DNA of 64,000 nucleotides from an uncultured Alphaproteobacteria bacterium (GTDB taxonomy: Bacteria; Pseudomonadota; Alphaproteobacteria; Geminicoccales; Geminicoccaceae): positions 239,112 to 303,111 of the forward strand of contig CAVOZQ010000040.1 of the NCBI GenBank assembly GCA_963700945.1. The letters are read 5' to 3'. The notes under the pieces are model-generated. The model was not told where the DNA came from and searched no databases. It saw only the letters and a list, made by a program, of their open reading frames with translations. How positions within the stretch are numbered: the first letter of the stretch is position 1; every line of letters starts with the position of its first letter. The translations under genes were made by a program, and so were the position numbers. This document shows positions 17,867 through 26,988 of the stretch, one piece after another.

Positions 17867-18561
17867 ACTATACCATCAGATATCATTCCGTCTTTCAGAC
17901 AGATTTTAATGGTGGCCAGAGAGTCTGCCAGGCTGCTGTGGGTCGCTATGATGACGGTTCGTTTCCATTTCCGGTTCAATTCGGCCAATAAATCAACCAC
18001 AATCTGCCCGTTGCGGCTGTCCAAATTCCCGGTGGGTTCATCGGCAATAATAATGTCCGGATCATTGATCAACGCTCTGGCAATCGCAGTGCGCTGCATT
18101 TCACCACCGGAAAGCTGAGCCGGCAGGTGATCCCGCCGTCGGCTGAGGTCGAGCCACTCCAGCAATTCTATTGCCTTTGACTTGACGGCGGCGGCGTTTT
18201 TCCCGGCCAGCAATCCGGGAAGGCTGGCATTTTCAAGCACGTTTAAGGTCGGCATCAGGTTAAAGGCTTGAAAAACCATCCCAACGACTTCCCGCCGAAA
18301 ATGAGTAAGATTCGCAGGTGTCGCTGTCGTGAGATCATGATCGGCCACCGTCAATTCACCACGGGTCGGCCGATCCAGACCGGCCAGCAGAGACAGCAAG
18401 GTACTTTTGCCGGAGCCGCTGTCTCCTTTCAAAATCAACAGCTCCCCGGCGGCAATACTTAGATCGATCGTGTTGATACCGATGACTTCACTACCGCCCA
18501 GAGCATATATTCGCGTCAGGTTCTTGGCATCAATGATGATTTTAGGTGATTTTGGTTCCAT
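17830..18561 (-). CDS. ABC transporter ATP-binding protein (MacB/LolD-like)
   Basis: Walker A GDSGSGKST; signature LSGGEMQRTAIARAL; Walker B IIIADEPTGNLD. Start placed at Met 18561; the ORF extends to 18633. Confidence 0.9.
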   Translation of the reverse strand: MEPKSPKIIIDAKNLTRIYALGGSEVIGINTIDLSIAAGELLILKGDSGSGKSTLLSLLAGLDRPTRGELTVADHDLTTATPANLTHFRREVVGMVFQAFNLMPTLNVLENASLPGLLAGKNAAAVKSKAIELLEWLDLSRRRDHLPAQLSGGEMQRTAIARALINDPDIIIADEPTGNLDSRNGQIVVDLLAELNRKWKRTVIIATHSSLADSLATIKICLKDGMISDGIVRLSVSGFTVLG

Positions 18562-18670
18562 CTTCGGCGGATGCAGACTTCGTAATTTATTATGAAAATA
18601 GATAGAATTCCTTAATTCGATGCAGCGGATCAATCGACATTCGACATTTGTCGTGCGGGTTTCTCCTGGC

Positions 18671-19327
18671 TTATTCGGCCAAAAATCCTTTTTTCACCCC
18701 ATCATCGATCAAAGCACTGACATAATTCCAGAGAATCGGAGCGCCGTCATCTAACGGGCGCATGCGTGCTTTTACCTGGGCGCTTTTGATGTTGTTTTCC
18801 TGCCAAATTTGCCCTTCGGTAAAATAATTGTGCAAAAAGGGCTGCAGCCGATCCAATGCATTGGCAAACTGTGACTCGGGTGTTTTCCTTTCTTCAAATT
18901 CATCCCACAGTTCCCGCAGAGTCGCTGACTGATCCGCCGGCAGGAGATTAAAGATCCGATCCGCCGCATTTTTTTCCCGCCGGGCCTGATCCTTTCTTCC
19001 CTGATCGTCGTAACAGTAGGTATCGCCGGCATCGATCTCGATGAGGTCATGGACCAGCAGTATTTTCATCACCCGAAATAAATCGACATCCGAATCTTTG
19101 GCATATTCAGACAGGATAAGAACCGTTAAGGCAATATGCCACGAGTGCTCGGCCGAATTCTCCCGCCGCGAGCGATCCATCAAAATCGTCTTTCGCAGAA
19201 CATTTTTCAGCTTATCAACCTCGAGGATAAATTCGATCTGCTGCCTGAAGCGATCTTTCTGACCGGGTGCCAATACATTTTCTGAATTATCCGGGAAAAC
19301 ATTCCCGCCACTCGAATCCAACAACAT
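18671..19327 (-). CDS. HD-domain phosphohydrolase (YfbR-type 5'-deoxynucleotidase-like)
   Basis: ENSAEHSWHIA .. LLVHDLIEIDAGDT metal-binding H..HD..D pattern. Confidence 0.75.
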   Translation of the reverse strand: MLLDSSGGNVFPDNSENVLAPGQKDRFRQQIEFILEVDKLKNVLRKTILMDRSRRENSAEHSWHIALTVLILSEYAKDSDVDLFRVMKILLVHDLIEIDAGDTYCYDDQGRKDQARREKNAADRIFNLLPADQSATLRELWDEFEERKTPESQFANALDRLQPFLHNYFTEGQIWQENNIKSAQVKARMRPLDDGAPILWNYVSALIDDGVKKGFLAE

Positions 19328-19513
19328 TAAAAACCTCCCCGCAATTGTTCATCATTAGCAGTCTTAATACCTCAACACCATATCCTCTGGTGAAACTTCA
19401 TGAAATGACGATTGACGAATGGTGGATGTCGCTCTCCGAGGCGCAGGCGCTACAACCCTACGAGCCGGAGGCTTCGCTCCGCTCTTTTTAACAAATAAGA
19501 TAGAAAGAATTCC

Positions 19514-19684
19514 TTACTTACCATAGAGCTTCGCCATTTTTTCTTTTTCCTCAGCCGATAAAGACTTGAGATAGGATTTCCAGCCCGGGCACCAGCCGAT
19601 ATGCCATTTCCACATACGGCCTAACCAGGATCGGGGATTTTTATCATATTTTGCCCTAAATTTGCATGTTTCACAGCTTTTCAT
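19514..19684 (-). CDS. small Cys/Trp-rich protein (56 aa)
   Basis: MKSCETCKF..WHIGWCPGW. ATG at 19684 is preceded by AAGGGGA. Abuts the stop of the upstream HEAT-like gene. Confidence 0.45.
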   Translation of the reverse strand: MKSCETCKFRAKYDKNPRSWLGRMWKWHIGWCPGWKSYLKSLSAEEKEKMAKLYGK

Positions 19685-19708
19685 TTTTAAATCCCCTTTT
19701 AGAAGCAA

Positions 19709-20239
19709 TTATCCATTGATTGATCGTGATTTTAAGCGTTCCAGTAGTTTCCTTCCACGCGCCTGGACTGCAGAACTGCCGGTTTCTGTATGAACCCGAA
19801 TTGTTTGGGTAACCGCCTCTATTATGCCTTTATTTCTTTGCGCCAGATCTGTGAGTGCTTCCAATGCTGAAACTCTGACTATTTTACTTTTATGTGACAG
19901 ATAATGATTTAATGCATGTATAACGACTTGCTCTTCCTGTGGCGTATAATCCAGTCTTGGAATCATTTGGGCAATATGCCAGCAGACCTCCTGCTGTTTT
20001 TCTTTTTTCAGAATCGAAATAATTTCTCTTTTGCGATTTAATAATAATTCAGGCTTTTTCCGAGTTGCTTTTTCAATCACATCCGCAGCGCGTGCCTTTA
20101 AGACAGGGTCAGAGTCATGCAGACCGGGAAATATTATCTCAATCAGCATGGGGTTCATTTCAATATCGGCGACAATTTCATTTGAGCGGCCAATCGAACG
20201 AAGATCACCCCCTCTCAATTTATCCAGCAATTTCATCAC
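19709..20239 (-). CDS. hypothetical all-helical HEAT/ARM-like repeat protein
   Basis: 176-aa ORF with repeated helix-pair patterns (DPVLKARAADVIEK, KIVRVSALEALTDL). No catalytic motif recognised. Confidence 0.45.
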   Translation of the reverse strand: MMKLLDKLRGGDLRSIGRSNEIVADIEMNPMLIEIIFPGLHDSDPVLKARAADVIEKATRKKPELLLNRKREIISILKKEKQQEVCWHIAQMIPRLDYTPQEEQVVIHALNHYLSHKSKIVRVSALEALTDLAQRNKGIIEAVTQTIRVHTETGSSAVQARGRKLLERLKSRSING

Positions 20240-20263
20240 CTTATTATCTCTAAGGTTGGGCGA

Positions 20264-20511
20264 TTCAGGCCTGCCCTGGCCTCCCCTCCGGCCTGTAAGC
20301 CTATGAAGCCTACGGGCTGGAAGCGGGCTCGTAGCCTACGCCTCGGAGAGCGCGACTGCTTTGAATACGCTTGGGTGGCGTTAAACCTTTGTGACCTTTG
20401 GAATAAAGGCATTGACATCTGATCCAGGTCTGGGCCAGGGGTTCAACGTTCAGGGTTGAAAAACTCCCAACCAGCTTCTATCAAAGGGATTCAGCCTTCA
20501 TTTGTTAATAA
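20264..20511 (+). repeat. 248-bp direct repeat, copy 1 (flanks the Nudix gene)
   Basis: Near-identical over ~200 nt to 21866-22113 (offset 1602 nt). Contains the GC-rich hairpin module and the ~85-nt module. Confidence 0.85.
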
Positions 20512-20765
20512 GCGTGTGATGGTTTCTTGTTCCCAGCGAGCCAAATACTGCAAATAAAATAAATTCCGCCGTACCGGGGATATTTTATCCATCACTTTGA
20601 TCATTGGCTATTATTTGTTTTTTCCGATTTATCCGGGTCAGGGGTGGGGTGCCATTTTAGGGTACTGTGAAATTCAAGCTGGAGGAAAACGATTGCCTGT
20701 ATAACGGATCTGGTTTGATCACAGTCTCCCGCAATGCTGCCAAATGACCCCAAAGCAACTCTCCC

Positions 20766-21443
20766 CTAAGACCATGCGAAATACGGCTGTTCGTAGTGTG
20801 CCACCCGGGTATCTCTACCCAGAATCGCCACCTCCCGGAATTGATAGATCAACGCGGCCGTTGGTGCCGCAATCCAGGTTATGCCCACCGGCATGAGTAG
20901 GACGGGATGCTTGCTTTCAGGAATTTGTTGAAGTATGGGCGCATCTTCACGCATAAACTCTGCGATCGGTATTCGATGGACAGATTCCACTTCCGCCGGA
21001 TTCGGTGATAGATCTACACCGGCACCTCCCCAGATTACTAGCGGCGTGATAATAAATCCTGAACGGGTGGCGAAATCATCCAGACGACCGATGATGCAGT
21101 CTCGATTCAGATTCAGGCCCACTTCTTCCTGAAGCTCTCTCAATGCCGTATCCTCCTCACTTTCCCCTGCCTCTATCCGTCCGCCGGGAAGTGCCCATTG
21201 ACCTGAATGATGTCTGAGTAGAGAAGTTCTTCGCGTCAGAATCAGCGCTGCGTTTTTGTCCCAATGATCCGGTTTTGACAAACCATTCAAATCCGGCCCA
21301 TGGTAGACATCGACGACGGTTATCGCCACGGCAGCTTGTTTAAGCCCATCGTTTTCATGGGGCGATACTTTAAATTTACCCAGATTTGCTAGAATCCGTT
21401 GAAATAACGAATCATTGCACATAAAGTCATTGGCCTTTGACAT
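20766..21443 (-). CDS. Nudix hydrolase, CoA-pyrophosphatase type (ORF is open up to 21659)
   Basis: LILTRRTSLLRHHSGQWALPGG precedes the Nudix box GGRIEAGESEEDTALRELQEEVGL. Start chosen at Met 21443. Confidence 0.8.
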   Translation of the reverse strand: MSKANDFMCNDSLFQRILANLGKFKVSPHENDGLKQAAVAITVVDVYHGPDLNGLSKPDHWDKNAALILTRRTSLLRHHSGQWALPGGRIEAGESEEDTALRELQEEVGLNLNRDCIIGRLDDFATRSGFIITPLVIWGGAGVDLSPNPAEVESVHRIPIAEFMREDAPILQQIPESKHPVLLMPVGITWIAAPTAALIYQFREVAILGRDTRVAHYEQPYFAWS

Positions 21444-21865
21444 GTTTACTGATTCTTTTGGGATTTTATGCGGTTCCTGACTGATATCAACAATTTTGAC
21501 AGTCAGTTTTTGTCGACCGAATCGACCTGCTTTAAGGTACTCATCCCTTTGCATGGCAATATCTACCCGGTGGCGGTATCGTTTGTTGGTTCGATCCGTT
21601 ATTTTCTCCTCTGGCCGATATACAGGGGGTCTCGTCTGTTTGCCGCGGGTCTCCGGCATTGTAAGCGGTTACGACCCGAATGGTTTCACTTCGCACCATG
21701 TAACGCGGATTTTTAGGGTTCAGCAGCGTCGATTCAATCGGGTCAGCGCGGACAATGCTGTAACCTTATAAAATCATAAGTAAAATGAACAGTCTATAGA
21801 CAATTTGAGCCAATATTTAAATTCGACTTCCCATAACCACACAAATATTAAACCAGGTTTAGCGG

Positions 21866-22113
21866 TTCAAGCCTGTCCTGGCCTCCCCTCCGGCCTGTAA
21901 GCCTATGAAGCCTACGGGCTGGAAGCGGGCTCGTAGCCTGCGCCTCGGAGAGCGCGACTGCTTTGAATACGCATGGGTGACGTTAAACCGTTGTGACCGT
22001 TGTCGTAAAGGCACTCACATCTGATCCAGGTCTGGGCCAGGGGTTCAACGTTCCAGGTTGAAAAAACCCGACAGCTCTATTAAAGGAATCCTGCCTTCAT
22101 CTGGTTATAAATC
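21866..22113 (+). repeat. 248-bp direct repeat, copy 2
   Basis: See 20264-20511. Confidence 0.85.
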
Positions 22114-22474
22114 CATTTGATTCGATAAGGTATGATGGGTATTTCAGATTTTTATTGCTATTATGAGCAATATCAATTAATTGTAATCTTTGAACCGTGA
22201 ATCTCGTATCGGAAACGTTCAGTTTAGGAAACGATCATGCTAACATAATCAAGATACGCCTCGTTTGCAAGTGGCATCCATGCGGATTCGGTTTTTGTCG
22301 AATGACGATTTGGTAAAAAGCGGTCATCAACTGGTTGAGAAAATTACAGTTATTTATGAATGCGGACTATATCAATTTTAAATCATTTTACTGTATAACC
22401 GCTTTAATCTTCCCATCGTTTAAAAATTACGTTAGGTTCATCCGGACAGAAATTCACACGAAAAGGAGATTGTC

Positions 22475-22858
22475 ATGGCACATGAAATACTAAAACTCAA
22501 GAGTGTTCATCCCACCAAGGGGTATTCCCACGCAGCTAAAGCGGGCAACACCTTGTATATCGCCGGTCAGGTTGCCCAGGATGTGGACGGCAATTTGGTG
22601 GGCAAGGGCGACTTCGAAACTCAGGTTCGACAGGTCTGCGAAAATTTAAAAAGCATCATGGAGGAAGCCGGGGGCACGCTGCAGAACATCGTAAAAAAGA
22701 CGACCTTTCTGACCCATTACAACTACATCGAAACCTATCGCAGGGTTCGAAACGAGTATTTCCCGGAGCCCAGCCCGCCCAACACATTATTGATAATAGA
22801 GAGTTTGGCCCTGCCGGAGTACATGATTGAAGTGGAGGCAGTTGCTGTGCTGGATTAA
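22475..22858 (+). CDS. RidA/YjgF/UK114 family protein
   Basis: 127 aa with GYSHAAKAGNTLYIAGQVA .. IEVEAVAVL pattern. AAGGAG lies 7 nt upstream of the ATG. Confidence 0.85.
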   Translation: MAHEILKLKSVHPTKGYSHAAKAGNTLYIAGQVAQDVDGNLVGKGDFETQVRQVCENLKSIMEEAGGTLQNIVKKTTFLTHYNYIETYRRVRNEYFPEPSPPNTLLIIESLALPEYMIEVEAVAVLD

Positions 22859-22922
22859 ACTCAAAATGATGACGGCCATACCGATGGCATTTGAGATGAA
22901 GTTTGCCAGAAGCAGACAATTT

Positions 22923-23479
22923 TTAACTCAAAAATAAGACACCTCGGACATGATCAGTACTCCCACTCACATTGCTCGGCCTCACCCCGAGAGAATTGGG
23001 GATGTCCTTGACCACCTCGCCGGATTTCGGGTCTTCTCCGTTTTGAAACACACGGTCTATATTGTCCATAAAAAAACCTTCAGGGGGTTGGTCCAGAACG
23101 GTGATTTTTTGGACCCACTTGACACCGTTGGCACCGGTCCACCCCAATGCCAAGCTCTCGCTGGGAATCCGTGTCCCAGGTCATCATAGGTCACACAAAG
23201 CTTTTTTTGTATAATTTTTTTTACAATCTGTTGGTATGCGCCGTCACAACAACCCCCACCAAAGATGGCTGATGCAAAAAAGGTACTTGCTAGGGATGCA
23301 TCGGTCAAGTGGTCATCAAAACCGACAGGTCCGATAAAACAGAGATCAAAAAAAGTATCCCGAAAATATTTGAGACATAGATGTCGCTGGTTAAAAGTGT
23401 TACCTATCAAAAAATTCTTTTTAAAAATATAATACCCATTCATAGACCTTTGAAAACCGATCAGGGTTTTCCTTCCCAT
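22923..23479 (-). pseudogene. gene remnant: frame-broken fragment including the C-terminal end of a sulfite-oxidase-family Moco-binding domain
   Basis: ..VTYDDLGHG / LALGWTGANGVKWVQKITVLDQPPEGFF resembles the PGWxGxxxVKWLxxIxV end of Moco oxidoreductases. Split over two frames, and the N-terminal bulk is absent. Confidence 0.35.
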
Positions 23480-23591
23480 TTGACTTTATTTTTGAAAAAT
23501 TGCTTGCTTGACAATACGACCGATATCCGATACCTGAATCCCGGTAGTTAGTTAACACAGTATGATTGCTGTGTGAAATCGGAGATCCGCG

Positions 23592-25058
23592 ATGAAACCT
23601 GAAAACCAGAAACCCCCGAACTTCATGAAGTGGGAAGAGCTGACCTCACTGGTTGGCTCCATCCGAACGCGCTCCCTTGTCGCCCGCCCAACGACGATTG
23701 AACAGTGCCGCGAGGCGCTGGCCTATTGCCGACAACACGACATGACCATCTGCGCGCGCGGGGCCGGACGCGGCTACGGGGACCTTGCGCTCAACGACGG
23801 CCAGGCCCTCCTCGATATGAGCGCTATGAACCGTATCATCGAGTTCGACAAGGAGACCGCGCAGATCACCGTCGAGGCCGGCATGCGACTCATCGATATC
23901 TACCAGGCGGTCCACCATGGCCTGCTGACGCTTCCCGCCAGCCCGACCGAATCCCATTCCAGTGTCGCAGGTGCTATCTGTGCCAACGTCAACGGCAAGG
24001 ACGCATGGCACCACGGCAGCTTTGCCCACCAGGTCGTCCGCCTCACCCTCCTGCTTGCCAACGGAGAGACGCTTACCATCGATCGGTCGCACGAGCTCTT
24101 CAACGCCGTTGTGGGCGGCATTGGGCTGCTCGGTGTCATCGTAGAGGCGACGCTGCAGCTCAAACCAATCCCATCGCCTTTCGTCGAGATCAACCGCCTC
24201 CCGGCGCCCGACGTCGACGCACTGCTCGAGATGATGGCCCAGATCGAGAAATCGTACGACGCGGCCGTCGTTTGGGTGGACGCCTACGCGCGCGGCCGCA
24301 GAATCGGACGCTCTGTGATCCACGCTGCCAAGTGGATCGAGCGCCACGACACCGAATCACGACGCCGGGAAATCCTCGAGGCGGGCTACGAGCGCCTCGA
24401 AAAGCACCGACGCTTCGGCCTTGCGCTTCATGAGAAATTTGGGCCCATCCTGTCACTCATGCTGCACGTTCAGCGACCCATGATGAATTTATTCAACCGC
24501 CTCTACTACATCGGGTGCCAGTTGGCTTCGCTGACGGGACGTTCCTCGAACACCGAACTTTTCCTCAGGTTCGGTTTCGAGGCCAGTTTCACCGTACCGC
24601 CGGCCCACCTCGTCTGCGGCCCGCACGGGTACACCGTCCAGCTCACCTTTCCGCGATCCAGCGCACGCGAAGCGATCGTCGAATTGCTGGGCATATGCCA
24701 GTCGTCGCCCTGCCCACCCGTCACGACCATCCTGCGCGCACACAAGCCGGACGACTGCCTGATCTCGTTCTCCGAAGACGGCTACAGCCTCAACTTCGAG
24801 TTCCACCCGAAGAGGCAACACGAGGCTGCCAGCCGCCAGGCCGTCGACCGCCTCATCGATGCGACGGTCCGGCGCGGTGGCAAGATTCACCTCGCCAAGG
24901 ACCAGGTTCTGACACCCGAGCAGTTCTACCGCGTCTTTCCTCGCTACCGGGATCTCCTGGCGATCAAGCGAAGACTCGATCCGGACGGCCTGTTCACATC
25001 CGACCTGGCGCGCCGCGTCGGCATCGACCCCGCCCTGAACAAGCAGCTGCTGGAGTAG
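23592..25058 (+). CDS. FAD-binding (FAD_binding_4 / DprE1- or gulonolactone-oxidase-like) oxidoreductase; compositionally foreign
   Basis: 488-aa ORF with ICARGAGRGYGD and GGIGLLGVIVEATLQL motifs and a C-terminal LDPDGLF. Sampled lines are ~60-70% G+C versus ~25-53% in the flanks. Confidence 0.8.
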   Translation: MKPENQKPPNFMKWEELTSLVGSIRTRSLVARPTTIEQCREALAYCRQHDMTICARGAGRGYGDLALNDGQALLDMSAMNRIIEFDKETAQITVEAGMRLIDIYQAVHHGLLTLPASPTESHSSVAGAICANVNGKDAWHHGSFAHQVVRLTLLLANGETLTIDRSHELFNAVVGGIGLLGVIVEATLQLKPIPSPFVEINRLPAPDVDALLEMMAQIEKSYDAAVVWVDAYARGRRIGRSVIHAAKWIERHDTESRRREILEAGYERLEKHRRFGLALHEKFGPILSLMLHVQRPMMNLFNRLYYIGCQLASLTGRSSNTELFLRFGFEASFTVPPAHLVCGPHGYTVQLTFPRSSAREAIVELLGICQSSPCPPVTTILRAHKPDDCLISFSEDGYSLNFEFHPKRQHEAASRQAVDRLIDATVRRGGKIHLAKDQVLTPEQFYRVFPRYRDLLAIKRRLDPDGLFTSDLARRVGIDPALNKQLLE

Positions 25059-25107
25059 AGAAGACAGGAAGTCATTCTCACCCAGGGAGAGGATACAGTG
25101 AACAACA

Positions 25108-26400
25108 TCAGCGGACAAGCATAGGTATCCACATTGAAAATATCGGGAAATACGTCACCAGCATCAGGATTACGAACATTGAGAGCCAGAACGGCCAAAG
25201 CTTTCGGGAAACACGTTCGATGGAAACTTTCCCGATGGCGCAGCCGACAAAAAGCGTCGATCCTACCGGCGGGGTGACAAGCCCAATCGACAAGTTCAAC
25301 ATCATGATGATGCCGAAATGGACCGGATCAACCCCAAAAGACGTTACGACCGGCAAAAGAATAGGCGTGCAGATCAGAAGCAACGGCGCCATGTCCATAA
25401 TCGTTCCCAGGACCAGCAGCATAATATTTATCAAGGCCAGGATCACATACTTATTGCTTGATATGTTGAGGAAAAAATGGGTGGCCTTGGCCGGGACCTG
25501 CATCAGGGCCATCAGGTAGGCAAACCCGGAAGCGAAACCGATCAGAATCATCACGATGCACACCGTATGGATCACGCCGTGGAACAACTGCGGCAGTTGC
25601 CGCAATTTAAAATCGCGATACACGAACAGGGTCACGAGAAAGGCATAGATCACGGCGACCGATGCCGATTCTGTTGCCGTAAAGATACCGCCGATGACGC
25701 CCCCCACAATAATAATCACGGTAATCAAGCCCATAAAAGCCTGACCTGAAATCTTAATTGCCTCCCGCAAAGGCACCAGTTGGCCCTTTGGATAGTTTCG
25801 TTTGGTAGCCATGATGAAGGACAGCACCATCAGGGAGAGACCGATCATAACGCCCGGGATGAATCCTGCCAGAAAAAGCTGGGCGATAGAAACCGCTCCT
25901 CCGGCCGCATACGAATAGATCACAGCGTTGTGGCTTGGAGGGATGACAATTCCTTGAGTTGCCGATGTGATCGTAATATTGACTGAAAATTCATCGTCAT
26001 ACCCTTGCTTTTTCATCATCGGGATCAAAATCGAGCCGATCGAGGAAACATCCGCGACCGACGATCCGGAAATCCCGCCGAAAAACATCGAAGCCAGGAT
26101 ATTGACCATGGCAAGACCACCGCGGATAAAGCCGACAAAAATATTGGCGAAATTGACCAGCCGCCAGGCCATACCGCCCTCCGCCATCAATGCGCCGGCA
26201 AACACGAAAAAGGGGATTGCCAGCAGTGAAAAGTTGTCGACGCCGTCAGACACCTTCAACAAAATGGCTTCCAGAGGAATTCCGATAACCAGCGCGGTAA
26301 TCAGCGAAGCGATCCCGATGGCATAGGCAATGGGCACCCCCAGCACAACCAGCAGCAACATGCCCCCGATCAGAAGTACCGGCCCATATGATCCACCCAA
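25108..26400 (-). CDS. TRAP transporter large permease (DctM-type)
   Basis: Polytopic, DctM-like N-terminus. TTG start at 26400 lies 9 nt after AGGAGG; the ORF is open to 26454. Confidence 0.85.
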   Translation of the reverse strand: MGGSYGPVLLIGGMLLLVVLGVPIAYAIGIASLITALVIGIPLEAILLKVSDGVDNFSLLAIPFFVFAGALMAEGGMAWRLVNFANIFVGFIRGGLAMVNILASMFFGGISGSSVADVSSIGSILIPMMKKQGYDDEFSVNITITSATQGIVIPPSHNAVIYSYAAGGAVSIAQLFLAGFIPGVMIGLSLMVLSFIMATKRNYPKGQLVPLREAIKISGQAFMGLITVIIIVGGVIGGIFTATESASVAVIYAFLVTLFVYRDFKLRQLPQLFHGVIHTVCIVMILIGFASGFAYLMALMQVPAKATHFFLNISSNKYVILALINIMLLVLGTIMDMAPLLLICTPILLPVVTSFGVDPVHFGIIMMLNLSIGLVTPPVGSTLFVGCAIGKVSIERVSRKLWPFWLSMFVILMLVTYFPIFSMWIPMLVR

Positions 26401-26404
26401 TTGA

Positions 26405-26899
26405 TTAACCCTCCTTCGCGACTTTGGCAGATGATATGTTAAATGCTTTTTCAATCACAAATAAAAACGTAATCAATCCTCCGATCGGAATTGCGGAGTA
26501 GGCCACACCGACGCGAATGTATTGAAACTCCGGATACGATTGAAAAAAGGTGGTTTGCACCAGGCTGCCGCCCCAGATGACCATAAAAAGGCAGATCCCG
26601 GCCATTAGCAGATGCACGAATTTGTCTTGCCACTGGTGCAGAGCCGGAGGAAGGCGATCCGTTAACATCCTCAGCCGGATATGAGTGCCGGCCCGGTAGC
26701 ACGCCGCGGCGCCATAGAACGTAAGCTGGATTGCCAGAAAGATCGAAATCGGTTCCGGCCAAAATGATCCGGAGCCCAGGACGTATCGCGTAAACACGCC
26801 CCAGCTGATGATCACACTCATGATAGCAAGCGCAGTAGAAGCAATGAACACACAAATAAAATAAAGCACGTCCATCAATTTTACATAAGCGTTTGTCAT
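26405..26899 (-). CDS. TRAP transporter small permease (DctQ-type)
   Basis: ~165 aa with 4 TM helices, located between the DctP and DctM genes. ATG at 26899 follows GGAGA. Confidence 0.8.
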   Translation of the reverse strand: MTNAYVKLMDVLYFICVFIASTALAIMSVIISWGVFTRYVLGSGSFWPEPISIFLAIQLTFYGAAACYRAGTHIRLRMLTDRLPPALHQWQDKFVHLLMAGICLFMVIWGGSLVQTTFFQSYPEFQYIRVGVAYSAIPIGGLITFLFVIEKAFNISSAKVAKEG

Positions 26900-26988
26900 A
26901 ACATTCTCCGGCAACCGGGAAAAAGAGGCCGGTACAATTGGATTCAGAACGACACCGGCCCCTTCTGTTTCACTTCTGCGGATTTATC

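Noticed and set aside
21444-21659. 72-codon in-frame extension upstream of the Nudix start
   Set aside because: It is a basic, low-complexity peptide with no similarity to Nudix N-termini as I know them. The Met at 21443 gives a normal-length CoA-pyrophosphatase-type protein. The extension is kept only as a note, because the true start is unverified.
23646-25519. Many long ORFs overlapping the FAD-oxidase gene in other frames or strands (23646..24347 -, 23705..24433 +, 24190..24456 -, 24489..25118 -, 24515..25519 +)
   Set aside because: These are a typical by-product of GC-rich coding DNA. Their translations are Arg/Pro/Gly/Ala-rich low-complexity sequence with no motifs, whereas the 23592..25058 frame has clear FAD-oxidase motifs.
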